Shown here: piece by piece, positions 1 through 11,586 of the stretch
Layout of the letters: each line of letters opens with the position of its first letter
Numbering within the stretch: the first letter of the stretch is position 1
Assembly: GCA_019828565.1 (NCBI GenBank)
Contig: JAHDYR010000022.1
Location: 154,885 to 218,884 of the forward strand
Origin: Carpediemonas membranifera BICM
Lineage: Eukaryota; Protista; Fornicata
Direction: 5' to 3'
DNA: 64,000 bases
Made by a program: the position numbers and the translations under genes
Notes under the pieces: generated by a model
What the model saw: only the letters and a program-made list of their open reading frames with translations
Databases searched by the model: none
What the model was told of the DNA's origin: nothing

Positions 1-1590
1 ATCCAAAGCGTTCCACCAGATCATAATCAACCAGGACTCGCGCAAGTATACCGCTTTTGTGGCTGGTGGGAAGAAATACCAGTATAAGCGGATGCCCTTT
101 GGGCTTCGTAATGCTCCCATCCACTGCCAGAAAGCCATGGAACACATTCTGGGTCAATCCCTTTATACTCAGTGTCTCGCTTACATAGATGACATTGTCG
201 TCTTTGGAGCGAATCGTGACGAGTTCCTGAAGAATCTGGAGGACGTGTTAGCTCGCATCCACGCGGCCGGTCTGAAGCTTAATCCTTCCAAGACGGTCAT
301 TGGAGCGACTTCCATCGACTATTTGGGCTGGCGAGTAGACAAGGACGGTAAGCGGATCTCCCCCGACCGTCTGGAGGCCATCCATGATCTCAAGGAGCCG
401 ACTAGTCTGACGGACGCCCGAGCCTTGCTCGGGTTCGCGAACTACTTTCGAGCACTCATTGAGCGTTACGTCGATATGACTGAACCCATCACCGAGCTCA
501 CCCGAGCCGCCGAAAAGTTCGTTTGGGGCGACCGACAACATGACGCGTTTGAGCAGATTAAGCGAGAGCTTCTACTGCAGCGCACGCTGGTCCACCCCTG
601 TCCCGACGAACATCTCCACATTTTTACGGACGCATCAGACTACGGCATTGGTGGCGTGCTGATGAACGCGGAGTTTAAGCCCATCGCGTTCTTCGCCAAG
701 ACGCTCACGCCCCAACAGCGCCGTTGGTCTACGATAGAGAAAGAGTGCTACGCTCTGTACTTCGGTACTACCAAGTTCAGACGCTATCTCGCTGGACGAG
801 ACTTCACAGCTCATCTAGATCACCGTAACTTGGTCTACATGGACCGTTCCTTGAATTCCAAGGTGATTAGATGGAGCCTCGCGCTGTCTGAGTACTCATT
901 CGACATCGTACACGTTCCAGGTTCCGACAACTCTGTAGCGGACACCCTGTCCCGCCTCGTTCACCTGGACGAGACCTCCGTCGAACCTTCCCCTCCACCC
1001 GAGGCGCATCGGGAATCCTTCCAAGAAGCACATGGCGGAGATTCTGGTCACCTTGGCCGTGATGCCACCTGCAAACGCATCATAGCCGCCGACAAGGGCT
1101 GGCCTGGCATGCGCCGGGACGTTACTGCCTGGATAAGACAGTGCCCTGTTTGCCAGTTGACACGCCTCAAGCTTTCACCGTTTCCCCAAGCGACCCATCC
1201 CATGACCGGCAGCCGACCCTTCGAAGTAGTGGAGGCCGACACCATTGGTCCCCTCTCACTGCCCGGGCAACACCGCTACGCGGTTGTGATTATCGACACG
1301 TTTACTAGACTCACCCAAGCCTACCCCACGAAGAGCACGGACGCTGTATCTGCACGTTCGGCTTTATCGACATGGATGAAACACTATGGCTCCCCGACAT
1401 GCTTGATTACCGATGGTGGCTCACAGTACCATAACAGAACCATCAGAGAATTTTGCCAAGACCACGGTATAAGACACGAGATCGGTACGCCTTATCATCC
1501 TGCGGGACAGGGTGCTGTTGAAAGAGCGAACAAAGAGGTGAAGAGACACCTGCGCGCCTGGATTCTCGAACATGACGACCCAAGGAGACC
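1..1590 (+). mobile_element. Ty3/gypsy pol fragment (RT-RNaseH-integrase), runs off the window start and is 3'-truncated after the integrase core
   Basis: ORF 59-1687 has MPFGLRNAP, YIDD, RNase H TDASDYGIGG/EKECYA, integrase H-H-C-C and D..D..E. Similarity ends near 1585; no LTR follows. Confidence 0.92.
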
Positions 1591-1819
1591 CACAGGAGAG
1601 GTGCCAAGCGAAAGACCATCCAATGCGCGAAGAAGACGTTGCTGCAGAAGCGCGCCAATGACGCCGAGAGCTCTGCTAAGTAAATAGACAGTTTAAGACT
1701 TCTTCCACCAAGCGTATTGCTTTTTTCACCTTAAATCAACCACGAGCTTGTTTATTTTGAGTCCTGAATTAAGCAATCAAACACTGTGTTTTGAGTGCTG
1801 AAAACAGGTGAATTGAGCG

Positions 1820-2556
1820 ATGGACGATGAGGGAACGGATGTTACTATTAAGGTGAAGAAGTCTCGTAACAAGGTACTTTGCACGTTTATAGTGCAGATG
1901 AAGCAAGAGTGGACAGCTATGGAAGCCTTCGTGCGTGATATTCGCAACTTGGTCAGCGAAAAGGGGTATAACATTGCAGAGAGCGTTGCAAAGCAGAGAA
2001 TTCAGGTACGTTACAAGCTTCCCAATGATAAGGTCTTCTTAGAAGACATTACTATGGCTGCCTGGAGCAAGTTCACCAGATGCAGCAAGCCTGAGGCATA
2101 TGTGTGGACTGCTGACCCCAACAAGACCACAGCTTCATCTCAACCTGTCCACCAACCGCGAAACGCACTCGTCGGCCGAGAGGCTTTGCATGAAGCCCGC
2201 GAGATCCTTCGTGCTGCCAATCCTGGCCTGACCGAATCTCAGCTGATGGGTTGGGCTCACTCCCTGGCGTCAGGGAGTTGACGGAGTCACTGCCCTTGAT
2301 CCACCGGCTGGCGTTCAATACGAGCGGCCACAAGCGAGCCAAGAGCTTGCAGAGACACCTCAGCATCCTAGACGGCCTCCCAACTTCGACTTGGATGCGT
2401 ATGTCCTCGTTCCAGTCCCCTATGAGCGTGTAACTGAAGTCCGAGCACTACTGAGACGCGCCCAGACAACTCCAGCTCCGGTCAGTCGTCCCCCGCCGCC
2501 TATCATGCCCAACAGCCTCAACATTCCCGACTACGAGCACCAGGAAGACTGAATAA
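1820..2556 (+). CDS. Accessory hypothetical protein of the Tc1-like element (probable 1-nt frameshift near 2275)
   Basis: ORF 1820-2281. Removing one G of the GGG at about 2273 continues it (WAHSLASGVDGVTALDPP...) to a stop at 2554-2556, next to the transposase stop. Confidence 0.55.
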
Positions 2557-2561
2557 AGCGT

Positions 2562-3536
2562 TTATCTGAAGTGTATGTCCAGCTGCCCGTCGTGGTAGCC
2601 ATGGGAGCTGAAGAGGTGTGATTGACTGTTGGTCACTTCAGCGAAGAGCCTGCTCAGTGTGGATGCTGGAGCTTGAGCAAAAGCAGCTTGATCTCTCTGT
2701 ATGCGAGACTTGATGATGGAGAACATGACCTCTATGGGATTAAGGTGCGGACTGTATGGGGGCAGAAAGATCATCTTGGCGCCAATGTTGTCGATACATT
2801 GCTGCAACTGAGGAAAGTGGTGAATTGAGGCGTTGTCGAGCATTAAGATCGACCGTGGCCCAGGCCATGGATTCATTTTGTAATACACATTGGCGATAAA
2901 GGAGTCGTAGAATAGCTGCCTGTCGAATGTCCCTGGCGTTATTGTATGCCCTAGTATGCCGTCATGACCCAGCCATGCGCACACACTATACCTCTGGCCG
3001 CGGGAGAAAGGCAGAGTGACTTTGCATCTCTGGCCAACAGTGGCCCAGCCGCGAAGCCTAATCCCAGCACGAAGGTCTTTTGCCGTCTCGTCAGCAAATA
3101 TAAGCTGATCCTGACAGTGGTAAACGGCGTTGAGCTCGGCACTAAACCGGGCAAACTGCATGCTTGTTGCTTGTGTGGCTCGTCTTTCGAGGCTCTTCCG
3201 TGTCATGTTCAAGCTGAAGCGTAGTATGCGCCACACTGTGGCGGTGGAGATCTTTCGGTTGAACTTGTGAACGATCTTATCTCGAAGCTCGTCCAAATAG
3301 AAACAGGGATCTGATCTAATCAGCTCTGTAAGGTAAACAATGACTTCCATCGGTACTTGAGGCTTTCGCTTGTCTCTGTCAGTATGACGAACACTTCCTG
3401 TCTTTTCAGCTCGTGAAACCCATTGGCTGATAGTTGTATGGCTCTGAATGTGCATAACTAAGGCTATTTCTCGAAAGGACCATCCATATATGGTGGCTAG
3501 AAACACACAGCGCCACCTTAGGTCTTCAGAATACAT
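2562..3536 (-). CDS. Tc1/IS630-family DD34E transposase
   Basis: N-terminal HTH (YSEDLRWR), FADET, LDNASIH and PPYSPHLNPIE; 34 residues between the second D and the E. Confidence 0.95.
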   Translation of the reverse strand: MYSEDLRWRCVFLATIYGWSFREIALVMHIQSHTTISQWVSRAEKTGSVRHTDRDKRKPQVPMEVIVYLTELIRSDPCFYLDELRDKIVHKFNRKISTATVWRILRFSLNMTRKSLERRATQATSMQFARFSAELNAVYHCQDQLIFADETAKDLRAGIRLRGWATVGQRCKVTLPFSRGQRYSVCAWLGHDGILGHTITPGTFDRQLFYDSFIANVYYKMNPWPGPRSILMLDNASIHHFPQLQQCIDNIGAKMIFLPPYSPHLNPIEVMFSIIKSRIQRDQAAFAQAPASTLSRLFAEVTNSQSHLFSSHGYHDGQLDIHFR

Positions 3537-3698
3537 TGCGCAAAGCTGACTTTTGAGCGAAAATCAACCGAATTAAGCGCTTAAAACGGTTGATTTTAGC
3601 TAAAAATTCATCTGTTTTTACTTAATTCAGCTCATAAAAATCTGAACAGTGGTCGATTTTCCCTGAATTTAGCAATAGCTCTCATTATTATTTATCAT

Positions 3699-5015
3699 TC
3701 AAAGTTGCTGTCCAGTGACTTGCAGGCTGTCCTCAATAAGCCTCTTGTTCAACTTCCGTTCGATCTCACCCATCTGAGCCTCACGGCGGTCACTCTGCTG
3801 GGAGACAATCTGATCCTGCAGCTGACGGCGATACTGAAGCTTCTTCTCCTTGATGGAGTTCATCCGACGCTCCTTGTCAGCCTTGAAAGCCACGTACTCC
3901 TGCTCCAACCGGTACAGTTCCTGTTCCTTCTCCCGCTTCGCCCTGGCCTTCTCCTCAGCATGGGCCTTAAGCTGCGCCTCAAGAGCCGACTGTGTTTCTA
4001 CGTTGAGGCTCTTGTGGTAGGACCCCAGCTGGCCAAGAACAGAAGGGCCTTCGACAACCTTCTCCACGAACTTGTGCTTCTCATCGTCAAGTTGCTGAAC
4101 CATTGTCTGGACAGCATCCAGGTCCTTCTGCCGGGCCTGCTCCTTGTGTTGCTTCATAGCCTTGAGGGCCGCCTCGCGAGCTGCCATGCGAGAGTCCTCC
4201 TCGGCGATGAGACGCTGCTCCTCGTCGCCCTCGGCAATGCGGGAGGCATGGGCGACAATGGGCGAGTGGGGAACGCCGGTGCTGATCTCGGCGAGCTGGG
4301 CCTCACGGAGACGGCGCTGCCTCTCGAGCTTGGCCTCCCGTTCCTGGCGCTGGGAGTCCTCAAACTCGGCGGTGATCCGGTCAAGCTCGTCAGACTCGCG
4401 GGCAATACGCTCCTCCATGGCCTTGAGCCTCTCCTGCCGCCGCTTCTCGATCTCCGCGGCGTTGTGGGCCGCAGTCTCCTTCACGGTGCGGTGCTTCTCC
4501 TCGCGGAGGCGGTCCTCGCGGCCAAGGGCTGAAAGAACGCTGTTCTCGTCAATACCGCCCTCCGGCTCGGCATGGGCGGGGTTATGCTTGTGCTTCACCT
4601 GCTCGTCGAGGTCCCGACGCATCTGCTCCTGGCGTTCACGGACGGCACGCTTACGGGCCTCCTGCTCCTCGAGGAACTTCTTATTCTGGGCCTCGTAGAT
4701 CACCTGCCACTCATCCACGGCGGGGGCGCGGGGCTCCTCCTGCCCGGGGCGGTGCACCTCAAGAGGGGGGTGGGCGGTGGTTGTGGGCTTGCTGGTGGCG
4801 GCTGCAGGCTTCTGGATACCGCGCGCAGATGAAGGATTGCTGCGGGGAGCAGGTTCAACATTCTGGCCAGTCAGTTCCGCGATTTTGGCGGCGATGACTG
4901 CACGCTGCTTAGGATCCTTCGTTTGCTGCAGCTTTTGCTCAAGCTTGGAAACAAAGTCATCGCGCTTCTTGGGATTCTGGGCAATTCGCTTCGTAGCACT
5001 GTGCCTGCTGTTCAT
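3699..5015 (-). CDS. E/R/K/Q-rich coiled-coil protein, possibly cytoskeletal or ciliary
   Basis: About 438-aa ORF with long charged helical stretches; first ATG at 5015. Confidence 0.8.
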   Translation of the reverse strand: MNSRHSATKRIAQNPKKRDDFVSKLEQKLQQTKDPKQRAVIAAKIAELTGQNVEPAPRSNPSSARGIQKPAAATSKPTTTAHPPLEVHRPGQEEPRAPAVDEWQVIYEAQNKKFLEEQEARKRAVRERQEQMRRDLDEQVKHKHNPAHAEPEGGIDENSVLSALGREDRLREEKHRTVKETAAHNAAEIEKRRQERLKAMEERIARESDELDRITAEFEDSQRQEREAKLERQRRLREAQLAEISTGVPHSPIVAHASRIAEGDEEQRLIAEEDSRMAAREAALKAMKQHKEQARQKDLDAVQTMVQQLDDEKHKFVEKVVEGPSVLGQLGSYHKSLNVETQSALEAQLKAHAEEKARAKREKEQELYRLEQEYVAFKADKERRMNSIKEKKLQYRRQLQDQIVSQQSDRREAQMGEIERKLNKRLIEDSLQVTGQQL

Positions 5016-5357
5016 TTGTTCAGAATTTGGTCTTGTTCTTTTTTCTTGCACACAACCGCCCCCGCTTCATTTCTGGCATGTCAGGCGACTTCCTGAAAGA
5101 GATCGCACAACGCGGCCTCCACATCCCACTACCAGCTGCTTTCGCCGAGTCGCTGGGTCATTCACCTGTTCGACCATGAACATGATCCGCCCTTTCTTAG
5201 GATGACGTGGAATATACAGAGCAACTAAGGGATAACAGACCCCAGTGGTGTACCTCCTCGTGAGCCGTGATCTGAGTAAAGACAGTAGACAAGAATCGCT
5301 TGCTATATTTACTTGGCACGTGTCTAGATAACAGATAAACGGCATAAATGCCACCAC

Positions 5358-6944
5358 TCACCTCAACCCACCCCTACTCCGGGGCTGGGGCGGTCTCCTT
5401 TGGACAGCAGCCAGGTTCTCCCTCCCAACATCAGCCCGAAGCCCAGCGGGCCTCACCATCGGCCTAAAGCCCCCAACACGGGACCGACTGGTCCTGTGAC
5501 TGGCAAGGTCACTCGCCCTAGGGTCCATGGGCGGCCGGTAAAAGTGTGTGGGCGACTGTCGGTGGTCAGGCGACCTGACCGCGGCTCTCTGACCGACGGG
5601 CTGGTATTCGGGCTGGATACGGTCGAACTGGGCCTTATTCTGAGGCATGGCCTGGGGTCTGACGAGTCCCCCGCCGATAGACGGCAGGGCTGGGGTGTGT
5701 GACCGACCCGCCCTGCTCTGCGTGGGTCTAGGGTGCATGTTATGGATCGAATAAGCCTCATTCGCCCTAGTGGTAAACCCGCTGGTAGTCGGCTTCTCGT
5801 CTGACACTACCGGTTTCCGTCCAGCCCTGCTCAGGGACGGTGTGGCTCTGGATGCTTGTGTGGCGGGCGGCTGGTGGTGTCTCGCCCTCTCCCTGTCATG
5901 AACCAAGAACCGATCCAGTCGCCGGTCGAGCTCGTCGTGTTGACTCAGCCCGGCGTGTGTCTTGGTTCGTACTGGTGGTTCATCGTGGTCTCCCAGAGGA
6001 GCGAGCCCGTGTCTTCTCCGGGTAGGGGTGGTGGATCTTCTCACGTCGTGTTGGTGTCTTACGTCGTCGAAGAACGGGTGCTGGAGACACTCCGCGGCTG
6101 TGGGTCTGTCGGCCGGGTCTAGGGAGAGCATCGGCTTGAGGATCCCCATGATGTCTTCCCCTCTCTGCTGTTGGGCCCAGTACTTCCGCTCGAGCCGCTC
6201 AGAGGGCTGGTCGACGTCTGGAAACTTGAGGCCGACGAACCGCGGGTTTCTGAGGAATGATTCTGTCTGGCGCCGAGTCAGTGGACCGAGGGCGCGTTGG
6301 ATGATAAACAGCTGGTCAATTTCACTCTCACCGGGGAACATCGGCTGGCCGTCTAGTAGCTCACCGAATATACACCCCGCTGCCCACACATCGACGCTTG
6401 TATCGTAGTCGGTGCTGTTGAGGAGGAGCTCGGGTGACCGGTACCACCGTGTCGCCACATAGTCGGTGTACTTGGGTGCTCGGCCCACTGTAACGTTCCT
6501 GGCGAACCCGAAGTCGCATAGTTTGAGCTGGTTGTCGCCAGTGATAAGCAGGTTCTCGGGTTTGATGTCGCGGTGGATGACGTCCTGCGAATGGCAGTAG
6601 TCGATGGCGAGCAGGAGCTGGTAGATGTACGTCTTCACCATGGAGATCTTCAGCCCAGTCGGGTTGGCTTCCAGGACTTCTAGGAGGTTCCTATCGCAGA
6701 ACTCAAAGACTAGATAGAGTTTCTTCTGACGACGGAAGGCTTCTTTCAGCGCTACAATGTTGGGATGCTTCAGCATTCGGAGTATCTTAACCTCTCTCAG
6801 CGTGGTTTTCCTCACAGCCGGATCGTCCTCGCTTTCTTTGAACTTCTTGACGGCTACGATCTCCCCGGTCTGTTTGTGCCGGCATTTCAGCACCACGCCA
6901 TAGGCACCCTCACCAGAGATGCTTAAGACAGTATACTTGTTCAT
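5358..6944 (-). CDS. CDKL-family (CDKL5/LF5-like) Ser/Thr kinase
   Basis: [41 protein letters not shown] and a long disordered C-tail. Confidence 0.93.
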   Translation of the reverse strand: MNKYTVLSISGEGAYGVVLKCRHKQTGEIVAVKKFKESEDDPAVRKTTLREVKILRMLKHPNIVALKEAFRRQKKLYLVFEFCDRNLLEVLEANPTGLKISMVKTYIYQLLLAIDYCHSQDVIHRDIKPENLLITGDNQLKLCDFGFARNVTVGRAPKYTDYVATRWYRSPELLLNSTDYDTSVDVWAAGCIFGELLDGQPMFPGESEIDQLFIIQRALGPLTRRQTESFLRNPRFVGLKFPDVDQPSERLERKYWAQQQRGEDIMGILKPMLSLDPADRPTAAECLQHPFFDDVRHQHDVRRSTTPTRRRHGLAPLGDHDEPPVRTKTHAGLSQHDELDRRLDRFLVHDRERARHHQPPATQASRATPSLSRAGRKPVVSDEKPTTSGFTTRANEAYSIHNMHPRPTQSRAGRSHTPALPSIGGGLVRPQAMPQNKAQFDRIQPEYQPVGQRAAVRSPDHRQSPTHFYRPPMDPRASDLASHRTSRSRVGGFRPMVRPAGLRADVGRENLAAVQRRPPQPRSRGGLR

Positions 6945-7294
6945 GTAGCCTCGCTACGAGGAAGTTAATCGAAGGCGTTCCGTGGTGTTTTACGATTTAC
7001 GGAATTTTCAGCCGCATAAACCATAAATATCTGATGACTTGAGTCGCTAGACCATATTTTGCCCCGTAATCACCGGTCGATCGGCTTTTCCGGGGATAAT
7101 TCCGGCCACGCTTGCCTGAAGGGTGATGAAGGGTGATGGCTCGCGCCGTTCAAATATTAGCGGCATACTATCCACTTGACTCTACTGAATCACGAGCTAT
7201 CCAGCCCTAATAAACCGCTAGTCTGCCCAGGAAGACGGAATTTTGGAATGTGCAGTTTATTGCCGAACGACTGCTTCATTGCAAGATTATATTG

Positions 7295-9289
7295 ATGAGG
7301 GGAACGCTATGCGATGCAATTCCACCGCATCTAGAGGTAGAGAATGATCTCTGTGACTTCCTGTCCTTTGTTTCGCTCAAGAACCCTTCCAAGTTCAACT
7401 ATGGCATCCCGATCCATTCCCTCTACGTACACGTTACTATGCACGCCAAGAAGTGGGCGCAGAAGTCTTTTATAGCGTTTCAAGTGCTCATTGGCGACAA
7501 TCTTCACAACAGCGCTGCAGCTGCGCTCTCTGCTGTGTTCCTCCCCGCCGCTCTCCGCCCACTTAACCTCAGGAACTCGGCTCTGACCAACCCCCTCTAC
7601 ATGTCCGAACTCTACAAGTTCCTATGCACCGTCAAGCCCCAGGAGCGGTGTCCGGTGTGCCACCTCTTGTCGGATGCTTCCCAGCTCATCGATAACAGAC
7701 TCTTCCAGGGCTTGGTCGACGCCAAGCTCGTTAGTGCCATACAGGCACCGAAGATACGGGACTACCTTGCTGAGTACGACCGTACATCGCTCGTTGACGT
7801 CCTCGTTGCAGTAGGGTCGATGGTTCCCATGACTGCGGAGATTTGCGACAATCTAGAGATCCAGTACATATCTTACTTCGGAGATACGGTAGATACAACG
7901 AGCAATGACTCTCTGAAGGCATACATCGACCAATCGATTGTCACCATCCAGCTTGAGGCGGCCAAGAGGCTCAACAACGTCATCCACCAGTATTCATCTC
8001 GGATCAAGGAGGAGTGTTCAGCAGAGATCAAGGGAGAGGTTGCCAAGGAGGTCTCCGCCGCTGTAATGCCCCAGCTGCGGGTGATGAAGAGGAATACGCC
8101 CCCCACGACCTCCGTCATCAAGGCACAGGTCGACTGCGAGCAGGCTGAGGTCAAACAGGCGTTGATACTGCTCAGAGACGCGTCCAACGTCCTCTCATCC
8201 CGCATCGACGGGCTGCAGGACAACATTGGGTCTCTGGAGAAACGGATGCCCAACGTACAGTATCTGAGGCGGCTTGAAGGGCGCATAGCTGCGCTGGAGC
8301 TCGGTGACGGCTACCCTCAGAGAGGCAGGTCCGGTGTGACACTCAGTGCACTTGCAGGATTTGACCGCACGGTCGAGTTGTCCGAACCCTCCGAGGATGA
8401 CAACGCCCTGACTGAGATGACCGGTCGGGTTGACTCTGTAGAATCTGACATCAAGCAGCTGAGAGACACAGCCCAGTCCCTGCAGCAGCAGGTGGGGGCC
8501 ATGTCCGCTGCTCTCGAGGGGGTGGCCCGGGCGCAGTCGGACCTGGAGGCCGTGACGACTCGCAGACCCGCCCCGCCCCCGCCCGTGGCGCCAAAGCCGA
8601 GCCTGCCCGACCCAGCGATCACCGACCTCAGGGCGAGGATGGATCAGATCACTGCTGAGCTGGAGGCGGTGAAGGTGAGTGCCAGTAAGGCATGCAGCCC
8701 AGCCACCCACACCGAGGGCCTCCCAATGAGTGTAACCCGGACTACCAGTGAAGCCGCACTCAACACAGGTCTGGTCGAGCCCACTGAGGATGAGGCACGG
8801 CTGCAGGCAGAGGCTGATATGCCTATCGAGTTCGCATCATTTACAACCCGACGGTCAGGTCGGACAGACCCCCATGTAGCTCGACTGGAGAGGAACATGG
8901 CGGTGTGGGCCAACCGGGTGGAGAGAGAGATGCTGATGTTTGCGGAGGGTGTCAAGTCACAGCTGAAGACGATGAAGTATGCCCCAAGGTCACCGGTGCC
9001 GCAGCGAACAGCCTCGCCCCGCCCAGCCTCACCGGTCCGTGTGATCAGAGCTAGAAACATGGTACCAGATGACAAGACAGAGGAGAGGCTTCGGGCTCTG
9101 ATCCAAGACGAGGTCAAGGCGATGAGAGCAAGAATCGAGGGCGAACGGAGGGACCTGCAGCATCGTATTGATGAGAGAATCGGAGAGGTGTCGACTGAGG
9201 TGCGGGGGGTCATTGGCCAGCTGGCGACCACGGCCCAATTGTACTATAATGTGCCCAGAGACGGGTGTAGTCCTGTAAACCAGCGTTGA
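7295..9289 (+). CDS. Hypothetical coiled-coil protein
   Basis: Long ORF (7250-9289) with heptad-rich and proline-rich segments; start uncertain. Confidence 0.75.
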   Translation: MRGTLCDAIPPHLEVENDLCDFLSFVSLKNPSKFNYGIPIHSLYVHVTMHAKKWAQKSFIAFQVLIGDNLHNSAAAALSAVFLPAALRPLNLRNSALTNPLYMSELYKFLCTVKPQERCPVCHLLSDASQLIDNRLFQGLVDAKLVSAIQAPKIRDYLAEYDRTSLVDVLVAVGSMVPMTAEICDNLEIQYISYFGDTVDTTSNDSLKAYIDQSIVTIQLEAAKRLNNVIHQYSSRIKEECSAEIKGEVAKEVSAAVMPQLRVMKRNTPPTTSVIKAQVDCEQAEVKQALILLRDASNVLSSRIDGLQDNIGSLEKRMPNVQYLRRLEGRIAALELGDGYPQRGRSGVTLSALAGFDRTVELSEPSEDDNALTEMTGRVDSVESDIKQLRDTAQSLQQQVGAMSAALEGVARAQSDLEAVTTRRPAPPPPVAPKPSLPDPAITDLRARMDQITAELEAVKVSASKACSPATHTEGLPMSVTRTTSEAALNTGLVEPTEDEARLQAEADMPIEFASFTTRRSGRTDPHVARLERNMAVWANRVEREMLMFAEGVKSQLKTMKYAPRSPVPQRTASPRPASPVRVIRARNMVPDDKTEERLRALIQDEVKAMRARIEGERRDLQHRIDERIGEVSTEVRGVIGQLATTAQLYYNVPRDGCSPVNQR

Positions 9290-9344
9290 TGTTTATTAAA
9301 GGTCATGCCGCTGATTTGATGCTGTGATAAAAATACCACTTCGC

Positions 9345-11405
9345 TCACCATTTGTCAAATGAGGCCAGCAGCCTTCGGAGATCGCTACCGACCCTTTCAT
9401 CATACTTTCTCAACACTGACAACAACTTTCGGACGCCGTCATGGATGTTAAATCTCTGAGCCACCAACAGGCACTGCTCCGCGTTGCCCGCATCATAATC
9501 GAACATGTGATACAGCAGGGCCAGTCTCTTCTCTGGCTGCCGCATGACCATGGTGCTACTGCCCAGGTCAGACAACAAGCCAAGTACAAGCACGCTACAG
9601 TCGATGTCCGAGGGGCTAAAGGCCTCGTTGATGGGCAGCAGCTTATCACTAACAGTCGCCCGAGCCTCGTGGATGCATACATCGAGGCCAGTGTACAGTT
9701 CAGTGTAGTACCGCACCATACCGTGCCCGATGGCCTGTAGGTCGACCGCAGAAGCGGCGGGCAGGGCGTCAGCAAAGGTGGCCAGACCAAATGCTAGTGA
9801 CATCCTCTGGGAAACAATGTCAACCCTGAGAAGACCGTTCTCCTCGAGCTCGACGACAGCGTTAGTAACAGCACTCTGGTCACCAGTGGAGATCTTGACC
9901 ATGGCGGTAATATCGAACGTCGGCCCGAGCATTGCTGCTATCTGAAGCACCAACTGGGCCTCGGGGGGCAGCGCAGACACAAGGCTGAGGAAACCGGGGC
10001 AGAAGACGTCGAGGCTCTCCTTCTGCGGCATTGACAGGAAGTCTGCGAGGGCCCGCTCGAGGCTACGGCCGCCGGCACCCAGGAACCTGTTGAGGTGCTG
10101 GCATGCGAGTCTGATGGACATCGGGAGTCTCATGCACCTGTCGCTGAGAGCGATTTGCTGTGTGGGCGATAGGGGGGTGTGAAGCAGCATGGTTATGATA
10201 CGGCCGCAGTTATCAGATGATAGAGGGTCGACCAGCAGATCCAGCATGGGCGTGTTGATGTCTATTAGTCCCAGCTTCTTTCGACTGGTGACTACCACTA
10301 GGCATTGGGTGTCTGGGGCGAGTGCGGGGGGGATAAGGCGGGAAAGCTCGTCTTGTCTGGCATGACCGACGTTCTCGAACAGTAGCACGCCTTTTTTGCC
10401 CTTGAGAAGGGCTACATAAATGTTGAATAGCACTTCGACGTCAGTGTTGTCGTCGACAGGTGTATACTGGTCTAACGACAACACCACCTTGAGTAAGCTC
10501 CGGTGGAGTGAGGCATGGCGCACACTGATGCCCTTGAGGTCGACCGACACCTGATAATCCCCGTAACTCCCGTCACTCAGCGCCCTTTCCACGATATGGT
10601 GGGCCAGGCTTGACTTACCAACCAGAGGCAGGCCGTGAAGACAGACCACAGCCACAGAGCTGCCGTTCGTCCTTATAAACCTGTCTGCGGCCTCAAGCTC
10701 CTCATCTCTTCCAACGAACAAGTCATCCCGAATAACGGGTATCATGCGGGGTGATGCAGTGGGGTCCGCAGCGATGGACACGTCGGGCCGCACAGTCACA
10801 GTAATAGACCGGCTCCGGTGTCTTGTCTTCCCGTCCACGAGGCGCTGCAAGACAGTGTCCCTGTCCATCCGGATGTTGCCCCCGTCCCGACGCATGTAGG
10901 CGTTCATACGATCAAGTCGGGTGAAGTAGACGGGCGCAGTGCCTGGAAGCACGTCTATCATCACCACGTACCGCTCTTCGTTGGGCTTGGCGTCCTCCTT
11001 GATCACAGGAATAAAAGACGTCTCGTAAAGGTTCGCGTCGACCTGAGGGGAGAACCGGTTCACCTGGGAGTCGATGAGCAGACGTATGCTGTCTCGCTCG
11101 TGTCTGTTCAGCGGTATGCCCTTGATGGTGCCGTCGTCCTCAACACCGAAGAAGATGGCGCCGCCCTCGGTAGAGTTCAGGAAGGAATTGACGTATTCGT
11201 GCGCGTAGTGAGCTATGGCGGTACGAGGTGCCTTGGCGTTCTGGATTGCCTTGAATTCGTGTGCCCGGTCCTCTTCAAAGCTAATAATATCATCGTAGCG
11301 GAAGGTGAAAGCCTCTCCAGAAGTGCGCGCCGTATCATGGGACGGCGCTGAGCTTGTAGACGAAGAATTGTCGCTAATATTGGCAAAAGCCAAGGCCGAG
11401 GACAT
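9345..11405 (-). CDS. Schlafen/AlbA_2 domain fused to a STAND (NB-ARC-like) P-loop NTPase
   Basis: EEDRAHEFK and FLNSTEGGAIFFGVEDDG (AlbA_2), then FVGRDEEL, GLPLVGKS (Walker A), LLFENV (Walker B), VVVTSR, RLPMSI. Confidence 0.88.
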   Translation of the reverse strand: MSSALAFANISDNSSSTSSAPSHDTARTSGEAFTFRYDDIISFEEDRAHEFKAIQNAKAPRTAIAHYAHEYVNSFLNSTEGGAIFFGVEDDGTIKGIPLNRHERDSIRLLIDSQVNRFSPQVDANLYETSFIPVIKEDAKPNEERYVVMIDVLPGTAPVYFTRLDRMNAYMRRDGGNIRMDRDTVLQRLVDGKTRHRSRSITVTVRPDVSIAADPTASPRMIPVIRDDLFVGRDEELEAADRFIRTNGSSVAVVCLHGLPLVGKSSLAHHIVERALSDGSYGDYQVSVDLKGISVRHASLHRSLLKVVLSLDQYTPVDDNTDVEVLFNIYVALLKGKKGVLLFENVGHARQDELSRLIPPALAPDTQCLVVVTSRKKLGLIDINTPMLDLLVDPLSSDNCGRIITMLLHTPLSPTQQIALSDRCMRLPMSIRLACQHLNRFLGAGGRSLERALADFLSMPQKESLDVFCPGFLSLVSALPPEAQLVLQIAAMLGPTFDITAMVKISTGDQSAVTNAVVELEENGLLRVDIVSQRMSLAFGLATFADALPAASAVDLQAIGHGMVRYYTELYTGLDVCIHEARATVSDKLLPINEAFSPSDIDCSVLVLGLLSDLGSSTMVMRQPEKRLALLYHMFDYDAGNAEQCLLVAQRFNIHDGVRKLLSVLRKYDERVGSDLRRLLASFDKW

Positions 11406-11586
11406 TCTTCGCTTCGTCTTGTGTCGTGGAACCATATACATGTCAGATAAATGGGCCATGTACCATCCCACTCAACATGTAGCCAGGCAGCCATCCAATG
11501 TACACATGTAAATGTGCCCCGGCTCACTCAGCCTCCCCAGTAAAAGCCAGTGTTGTCCTAATCCAACATTTATGATCGACCCAAGG

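Larger units (their letters stand above)
1717..3675. mobile_element. Tc1/IS630-superfamily DNA transposon with degenerate TIRs, TA flanks and two convergent ORFs
   Basis: Left end TTGCTTTTTTCACCTTAAATCAACCAC vs right end (reverse complement) TTGCTAAATTCAGGGAAAATCGACCAC, 19/27 identical. TA at 1715-16 and 3676-77. Encloses a DD34E transposase. Confidence 0.7.
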
